This document shows positions 56,511 through 64,000 of a stretch of DNA of 64,000 nucleotides, piece after piece; the first letter of the stretch is position 1; the number at the start of each line of letters is the position of its first letter. The notes beneath the pieces are model-generated. The model worked only from the letters and a program-made list of their open reading frames with translations, was not told where the DNA came from and did no database searches. Where the stretch lies: NCBI RefSeq assembly GCF_036321535.1, contig NC_087472.1:102364001-102428000 (forward strand). Reading direction: 5' to 3'. Position numbers and translations under genes: made by a program. The stretch is from Camelus dromedarius (taxonomy: Eukaryota).

Positions 56511-56555
56511 GGGGCGGTGACTCAGCAGTCATTTGCATAACCGTAATGCATTGCA
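56511..56555 (+). promoter_or_regulatory. snRNA-type distal sequence element (GC box, AP-1/MARE, octamer, SPH/ZNF143)
   Basis: GGGGCGG 56511-56517; TGACTCAGCA 56518-56527; ATTTGCAT 56531-56538; TAACCGTAATGCATTGCA 56538-56555 (Staf/ZNF143-like); about 200 nt upstream of the predicted +1. Confidence 0.78.
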
Positions 56556-56671
56556 CGCAATATATTTGGCACCCAAGCCATAGATTTTCTTTTCACCTAT
56601 TATTTCAAAGAATGAAGTGCTTACCCAGTTCACTGAAAAAACTGCTGCAGGCTCTTGACCCGGTTTTACAG

Positions 56672-56692
56672 TCACCCTCACTGTTCTAGGAG
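56672..56692 (+). promoter_or_regulatory. Proximal sequence element (PSE, SNAPc site), TATA-less
   Basis: TCACCCTCACTGTTCTAGGAG fits the TCACCNTNA(C/G)T PSE core; starts 59 nt before CGC|A at 56731; no TATA box in between. Confidence 0.72.
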
Positions 56693-56730
56693 TGGCAGTA
56701 CCCTCATTACTGTCTCTCCGAACTTACCGC

Positions 56731-56856
56731 ATTATTCGCACTCATGTTTTTCCTTCATGTTTGTGTGAGACTTTTTCTTACTTAATAATAGTTCCTGATA
56801 TCATGGAAGCCTGAGTGACTGCATAATTTTTGGAGGCCTTACAATCAGTAAGGCTA
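56731..56856 (+). ncRNA. Candidate Sm-class snRNA (~125 nt), divergent U5-like
   Basis: Sm site AATTTTTGG 56825-56833, then perfect hairpin GCCTTAC-AATCA-GTAAGGC 56836-56854; 3' end AATTTTTGGAGGCCTT...AAGGCTA resembles U5; flanked by DSE, PSE and 3' box at canonical spacing. Confidence 0.72.
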
Positions 56857-56864
56857 CCATTTGT

Positions 56865-56879
56865 GTGTAAAAAGATAGA
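56865..56879 (+). terminator. snRNA 3' box (Integrator processing signal)
   Basis: GTGTAAAAAGATAGA fits GTTYN0-3AAARRYAGA with one mismatch; about 9 nt after the terminal hairpin. Confidence 0.7.
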
Positions 56880-58598
56880 CTTGTTGAACTTTTCTTTCTT
56901 AGTACGTACGGTCTGTGCATGTAAGCGCGCATTTTGTTATATGCGCGCAGTTAACGAGTTTTCGTGATGGTCAAGTTTTTTGGTTCCGGCGTTCTATGTA
57001 GGTTTTTGTATTTCATATGTAAGTTCGTGTTGGTGAGTTTTGGTTTTTTTTTTTTTTTTAAAGTTTCCGTTTAGACGTACATTTTTTTGCGTTATTTTGC
57101 GCACTTAGGTTGGGTGCAGCTTGGGGCTTTCAGAACACTTTCAGGGATGTTATCGCATCTGTTACTAGTTGCAATAGGGGACCTATCCCTTGATTTATCT
57201 GCCATTTTACTAGATAATAGTAATCATATTTTAGACTCCCTAGGAGAACAATTGCTAATCAAGTAAGTGCATATTTGGCTTTTCATTTACGAAACACCAA
57301 TTTTTGCTTTTTTTCCCCAAAAGTATTGTACCAGTACCCACTCGCCAGCAGTATATCGGCCTTTCCGTTGTTTCACGTGCTCAGCAACTCTTGCTTTTTT
57401 CAGGCTTTTACAATTTTTGACCATCTGGCAGGTGTGAAACCCACTGTTTAAAATATTTGCGTATAATTCCATTGTATGGATGGCTATGACTTGTTCAAAT
57501 CAAGATTCTGGTGCAGGGCATGTAGATAGCTTCCAGTTTTTCCATTTTATAATCAAAGCATCAGTTGTCCAATTACTTCCTCAAAATAAATTCCAAGAGT
57601 GGAAATGCTGGACTAAATGTTCCACACATTAAAAAATTTGATCCATATTACTCAACTGCCATCCAGAAAGATTTTACAATTTTAGGTTCCCATCTACAGT
57701 ATTTGCATACCTTTCCCCCTATACTCTTGTCAAAAGCAGCTTAAAAAAATTTAAATGATGTATATACCTAAATTTAAAAATGAAATGACACAAGGCTTTC
57801 AGAAGAGCAGACCCCCGACTTTTGCTTCCCCATCCCAATTCCCACCTCCCAGAAACAAGCATTTTAAACCCTTAGCAGTTTCATCTGTTTGCTTTTCTAT
57901 CTCATGCTTATACTGCTCTTTTTGGTTTTGTTTTAAATTACAGCAGACACTGTTAGTTGCCCACCCTGATACCAACTTTGCCTCAGCCTTCAGAGGTAGC
58001 TCAGAATTCCTGAGCATTTATGGGGTTCAGAAGCATTAAAATATCCTTGTCACCACCCAGCCGCTGTTACCTGCTATCTTGTTTTTTTTTTCAATATGAA
58101 TTTCTATCTTTTCTTTTTCATTCCTTTACTGTCATTTAGTGGGGTTTTGTGGATGGAGTGGAGATAAATGCACATATTTAATCTGCCATATTCAACCTGA
58201 AATCCCAAGATATTGTAGATTTCAGAAACTAAAAAAACGCTTTGAAGACAATTAGAATAGTATCTACTTTACAAAGTCCTCTCTTAAAATAGGATAACAT
58301 TAAATCAATAAAAAATGTTAAAAAAAAATAGGATAACATTTAGGACACAGGATCGACTTTAAAAAATCTTAAATGAAAAAAAAATCTTAAATGGCTTTAA
58401 TCTAAACAAATTCCTTAGTGTGAAGATCTAATCACATAACTAATTTAATTTGTGAGAAATATATAACCACATGTGTTTAAATCTTCATGGATATGTATTT
58501 GTCATCTGCTATGACTTAGTTTTCTAAGCACCATCTTTTGGGATAACAAACATTTTGTAATTTTATTTTCTTCGTATCAATGTAGTCTGTGGAAGTAA

Positions 58599-59073
<475 letters not shown>

Positions 59074-59179
59074 TATTTTAAATAGCCTGTTTTCTCCCAA
59101 TGAAACTGATTATATAAACTACATCAAAATTTCTAACATATGTGTGTGTATATATATATGTGTGTGTGTATGTGTATGT

Positions 59180-59286
59180 ATGTATGTATGTATTTATTTA
59201 TTTATTTTAATGGTGGTACTGGGGATTAAACCCAGGACCTCATGCATTGCTAAGCATGCACTCTACCACTGAGCTATTCTTCCCCC
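59180..59286 (-). mobile_element. tRNA-Ala-derived SINE (vic-1-like) with a microsatellite-like tail
   Basis: ggggattaaacccagg...gctaagcatgcactctaccactgagcta; (TATG)n/(TATT)n tail. Confidence 0.85.
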
Positions 59287-60699
59287 TATTTTTTAAAACT
59301 GAAAAATAAATTTGTTAAAATTGAATGCATCTAATTTTCATAGTTGAAAAATGTGTCTTTACTTAAAAATGCAGGGAAAAAAATCTATCACCAGAAAGAG
59401 CAACTGTATCAAGTAACTCAAATTATAGAAGCCCACTTAGAGTCCTGTTTTTTTCATACCAAAAGCAGTCAAGGAGGCAAATAAAAAATGGCAAGTTGGA
59501 TGAAATCCTAAGTTTTCTTTTGGTAAACCTTTAAAATGTTCTTAAAAAATCCTATTTGAATGATATTTTGATTGTGAAAAACCATCTTGGTTACAACACG
59601 GCATCTGAAAGCACGATGAGTACAAATATCTGCTTTCTCACCTAAAAGATAAGGTTCTCTAGTTTACTTTTTCAACTATTATAAATTGAGACTTCTCACT
59701 TTAAGTTACCACTACTGAGTATAGGAGATAATGACATTGTGACCAAGTCCACTGTAGCAGCGCACAACCTTCTGATGAGACCAGTAGGGTCAGCTGAGGA
59801 TTTGACTTGCCATCAACTGCTGTAATTGCAAGTAAATGGATTTTTAATTTTATTTTATTTAAATGGATATTGTTAATTCTCATATAGTATTGACTCCAAG
59901 CACCCAAAGTAGGCTTTAAGACTTAGTTTGGTTCAATGCTCGATTGCCTTTTAAACGACTTTTGTTACTTGATTTCTCACGCATAAAACACACCATCCAT
60001 CCTTCAAAGCCTTCAGGGCAGGCACATCAGCCCTCCCATGCCCTCCAAGAAACTCAGAGAAAGCTTGTGAACACGTAAAATGGTTCTCGCAAAGCCTCAC
60101 CTCTGCGATTCACAGTGGCCATTTTCCTTTGAAATGTGGTATTAGAAATAGCTGCTGTAGCAGGATTATTCATTGTCCCCCCACTCCCATCCCGGAACTT
60201 GGTTCCTCTTAACTGAAACAGCAGAGGTACCTATAATGCCAACTAGAAGGGCAGTGTCACCTGAGGACGCTAGTGAAGGAGTAAGAACAAGTAAAAAGCT
60301 CTGCTGCCCTGAGCGCATTTGTGCATTAGTCCTGCATCTCTCAACCTGTAAAGTCCATTCTAATCCCTGCGGGTCTGGGCCAGCAGGTCTGGGGTGGGGC
60401 CGGAGACCTTGCAAGTCTAACCTTAGCTCTATTCCCCTTTATGAAGCTCCCAGGGCAGGAGGAGGATGCGGTTGCTACCTGAGCTACACTCCAAGTACTG
60501 AGGTGTAATTCCCAGTAATGAAGTGTGTTCCTGTTTTGTTTCATGTATTTTTTTGTTTGTTTGTTTCATGTGTTTTTATGCACAGTATATCTTGTTGGCT
60601 AACCCCGCAAGCAGGTAATAAATACTTAGAAATTTCCCACCAAACATAATTACAAATTATTTTGCCCTTTAAAAGAGTAACACTTCACATACCTGTGAA

Positions 60700-62371
60700 T
60701 CCATAAAAATATAGCATAACTGTATTTTTATGCTGTGTATAAAATCTTATTTTATTTCCACAGGACAACACACAATTAGGCAATAGACAATCAGGCAATA
60801 GGAGTATCATGTAAAATTGATAGCAACAACCATAACATATTTCAATTGTCACGTTAGGTTTTGTTTCTTTCTCTGAAAACTTTCCTTTTTTGTATTTATT
60901 CAATATTCATCGATAAGAATTTTAGTGCATATACTAACAGCTAAGCACTGTCATATTCTGATCTGCTTACATCTAGGATTTTTAACTACTTAAAAACATT
61001 TAATGTATTTCTTCCCCTCTAGAAAACTCTATTAAAAAGCAAAGAAATTTTTCCCTTCAATGGGATTATTTCAGAAGTTGCCAGACCCATCTCTGGGCTC
61101 AAACTCAGTAAACAGAAACTGTGGCACCAAAAGTGGAAATCTCTCGATGATGGGGTCAGGGGTTTCATCAGATACAAACCTGCAGTCCTTGCCGAGGAAG
61201 TCTGACTTATTTGCACAAGCAGATCCCAAATACAAACCCAAGAGTAAGGCTTGCACCCTCACCAATTCTCTAGTTGACTATATCTTTGCCAAAGGACCAG
61301 GGACTAATTTTTCTGGGGTCAAGAACAGAAATATGTACATGTTTCTTATAAAGAATTACCTTCATTCTATTCCCCTTTATGAAAGGCTCCTTGAAAAATC
61401 CAAGTTTCGGAAAGCAAATGCCATGGAGTGTTCTGATGTTCAGCCACCTGTCCTTTTCAAGTAACTGTGTTTTGTGAACGGTCCTGCTGGTGGAGCGGAA
61501 TCCAGGCAGGACTGACCAATTAAGTTCCAAAAGTTGTACTCAGACAACACAATTTTATAAAGACTGACAGTTTAATTAAGACCAAAAAAGCAAAAAACAT
61601 TTGTATGTGATGACGATTTAAACAACAGGAGACTTTAAGGTGAATGGGCTTGTGACAGTCATTAATACAAAAAGGATGAAAGGCCCTGCTTTCTACAAAA
61701 ACCACGACGTAAAATTTAGGAAAACAGTATTAAATGTGGTATAGTTTAAAAAAAAGGCCCCGAAGAAAAACAAATGTTTTTGCACAGTATTTCTCCATGT
61801 CAAACCGTGTGATGTCTGTATCATTATAATCAACATAATTATTTTATCTTTTGGTTTCCAGATGGAATTTTAGAAAATACTTGCAAGAAAATAGTTCTGA
61901 AAGTGCTTCCTCTTAAGTTCTTTGGTACAATTTGGTCATTTTGACAGTTATTGATCCATTAGATAAGTACTTTAACATATATGTATCAACAAAAATGCAA
62001 CAAGAAGTACAAATGTTTAGAAAACCACAATTGAAGAATATATTATATTTTTGACCTCACGGAAAACAGAACTCTAAAATTTTACTTATGTTTCTGTGGC
62101 AAAGATGTCTGCATCGACTACAAGAACATCTCTAGTTAGACTATTTATACTAAAGAAATGTTACATAAAACATCTCTTTTTGATTATTAGAATAACCATC
62201 CTATGTACTTTTTTTTAAGTAGAAGAGGCAAGTTTTAGCTTGAAAAAAAGACTAATTTTGAATTTCATAAAGTTATATTCTTTTGTGCCTTCTGATTCAG
62301 CAAGCATCGACATCTAGAATTTAATGTCAGTTACAGAATGTTAAGGATTATTCTTTTATTTCAGGAGATGG
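60700..62371 (-). other. SYAP1: SYAP1 3' UTR (3' end uncertain) with candidate poly(A) signals
   Basis: AU-rich sequence after the stop; minus-strand ATTAAA at 61576-61571 followed by TTGTGTTGTC; AATAAA at 62360-62355, 60900-60895 and 60756-60751. Confidence 0.55.
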
Positions 62372-62499
62372 CTAATTTTCCTCCTGCAGCATTTTCTCTA
62401 TTTCCTTATCCCAGTTTTCATCTCGTTTCTCTGATTCTGTCACCACTTCATATTCCTGAAGTTCCTGTTGTAGTTCTTTTTCCCAATCTGCAGAATCCT
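62372..62499 (-). CDS. SYAP1: SYAP1 (synapse-associated protein 1) last coding exon, [41 protein letters not shown]
   Basis: Polypyrimidine tract plus tttcAG acceptor at 62501-62500; C-terminus matches SYAP1; TAG at 62374-62372; SYAP1 is the known upstream neighbour of TXLNG in the same orientation. Confidence 0.94.
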
Positions 62500-62859
62500 C
62501 TGAAAGAAACAAATGAGAGAAAAAAAAAAAAACTGAATTCCTAACACCGGTCCCAACAATGCAGTCCACTATAATTACCTGTGTAAGTCCTAACCACGGA
62601 AATATTTACCGTCTCAGGCTTCAGCACTGAGGGTGCTCAGAAAAACTGAACAAATCTGAACAGTGGCCAAAGAGAAATAAGATTAGAACAATAAATTTAT
62701 TTAATACAGAAGCAAAAGTATCAGAAGTCGTCAGTAAATTTGGGGTATTATTTTTCTTTACCTAGGCCTCTGATTTTCCTGCTATTTAAATGGATAATTG
62801 ATAATTAATATTTGGTCACAAATTAATTTTTACCATGACCAATGATGACAATGGTAGCA

Positions 62860-63075
62860 AAAACAGCTAACGTTTCTAGTGCACTCACTCAGCCAGGCCT
62901 AGGGCTACCCACTCTCTCTATATCACTCTTTTCATCCTTAGAACAATCCATGGACTAGATACACAATTATACACATTTGACAGATGGGGAAATGGAGGCT
63001 TAGAGGTTAAGTGACTTGCCCAAGGTCACACAGCTTGCCAGTGACAGACATATGGATGGAACCACAGTCTGTGCT
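62860..63075. mobile_element. MIR SINE remnant
   Basis: acagatggggaaatggaggcttagaggttaagtgacttgcccaaggtcacacagct core. Confidence 0.8.
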
Positions 63076-64000
63076 TAATTATCTCCCATGAGTGGCAACA
63101 GACACAAGGACCTGAAGTCAGGTGGTCTCTCACCAAAGCCCGGCCCCTCCTGGGAGGCTCCACCTGAGCTCTCACACTGGGGAGAGTCAGAGCTGCATCC
63201 TTCTCCTTGGGTGCTCAATATACACGCAAGGCATACATACAGAATAAGGGATCTGCTATGCAGCGTTACAAAACAGCCAGAAAACAAAGCAGCTATTTAA
63301 AAAGTAAAAGCTAAAATTCATTTCCAACTCTTAAAAATTAACCCTTAAACTTAGCTATAAGGAAAACAGAAACCAAATGTTTAAAATTTTTACAGCAGTG
63401 ACCTAAAGGGAAAAGGCACTGTGTGTTGGGTAGCAAACCACTGATTTCACAAATATTAGGTGCTTATTGGGTGCTAAGCTCCATGTTAGGTGCTATGGGG
63501 GATAAAAAGACAAGGTGTGACTGCTCTTGAGGAACTTACAGTTTAGCTGGAGGGCCAAGACACCTTACATGTAGAAGAATACTAAGTGGTCCAAGTTCTA
63601 ATGAGGGTAGGAATTCAGAGAAAGAATAGCTTGCCGGGAACAGCCAGCCAATACCATGTGAATCCTGACCCAGTGCTCCTTCCAGTCTCGGTGGGGTCTC
63701 TGCTGAGGGTCAGCAGCAGCAGAAAAGGAACCAGGGCACAGTCTGCTCTAGCCCTTGCCTGCTACACCCGGGGCTGAGGCCTGCCTTCTTCCAAGGTGGC
63801 CAGCAGCCATCTTCTCAGAAAACAGATGGGGGTGGGGGTGGGTGGGAGGGGTCTGAGGGTAGGGAGCCCAGATTTTCACTTCCCCACTCGCTTCTCTCCT
63901 CTGCCCCCTCTGGCTCCTCCCTCCTTGCCAGTTCTTTCCCCCAGAGGGCCCCCGCAGGGTGCAGTGTGCAAATGGGCTTCCGGTTCACCTAGGGGAGGCT

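Noticed and set aside
56721..56730. ACTTACC (U1 5'-end-like motif) suggesting a U1 variant starting at ~56721
   Set aside because: It is only about 49 nt from the PSE start versus the usual ~60, and no U1 stem-loops follow; more likely promoter sequence, although 5' RACE should confirm
56731..56856. U7 snRNA or Pol III (U6-type) gene interpretation
   Set aside because: The Sm site is the spliceosomal type (AATTTTTGG, not the U7 AATTTGTCTAG), there is no TATA box, and internal T5 runs would terminate Pol III
63826..63852. G-run cluster with G-quadruplex potential in the SYAP1 last intron
   Set aside because: Such motifs are common in mammalian introns and nothing else here suggests function

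Overview
Mammalian genomic DNA. About ten tRNA-Ala-derived SINEs resembling the camelid vic-1 family suggest a camelid. The gene order matches the X-linked SYAP1-TXLNG interval. The minus strand carries coding exons 1-9 of TXLNG (gamma-taxilin, ATG at 43297; exon 10 lies left of the window) with a CpG-island promoter, plus the last coding exon and 3' UTR of SYAP1 (62372-62499). There are two retrocopies: RPL35A (58622-59073) and a HYOU1 fragment in TXLNG intron 1. L1, SINE, LTR and DNA-transposon remnants are numerous. The standout feature is intergenic, at about 56510-56880 (+): a complete RNA polymerase II snRNA-type transcription unit. It has an octamer plus ZNF143/SPH distal element, a PSE about 59 nt upstream of the start, a ~125-nt RNA with an Sm site and 3' stem-loop, a 3' box and CpG-retaining flanks. 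The RNA resembles U5 at its ends but lacks the invariant U5 loop I, so it is a candidate undescribed Sm-class snRNA. Reference sequences and repeat family names are recalled from memory, and repeat boundaries are approximate.
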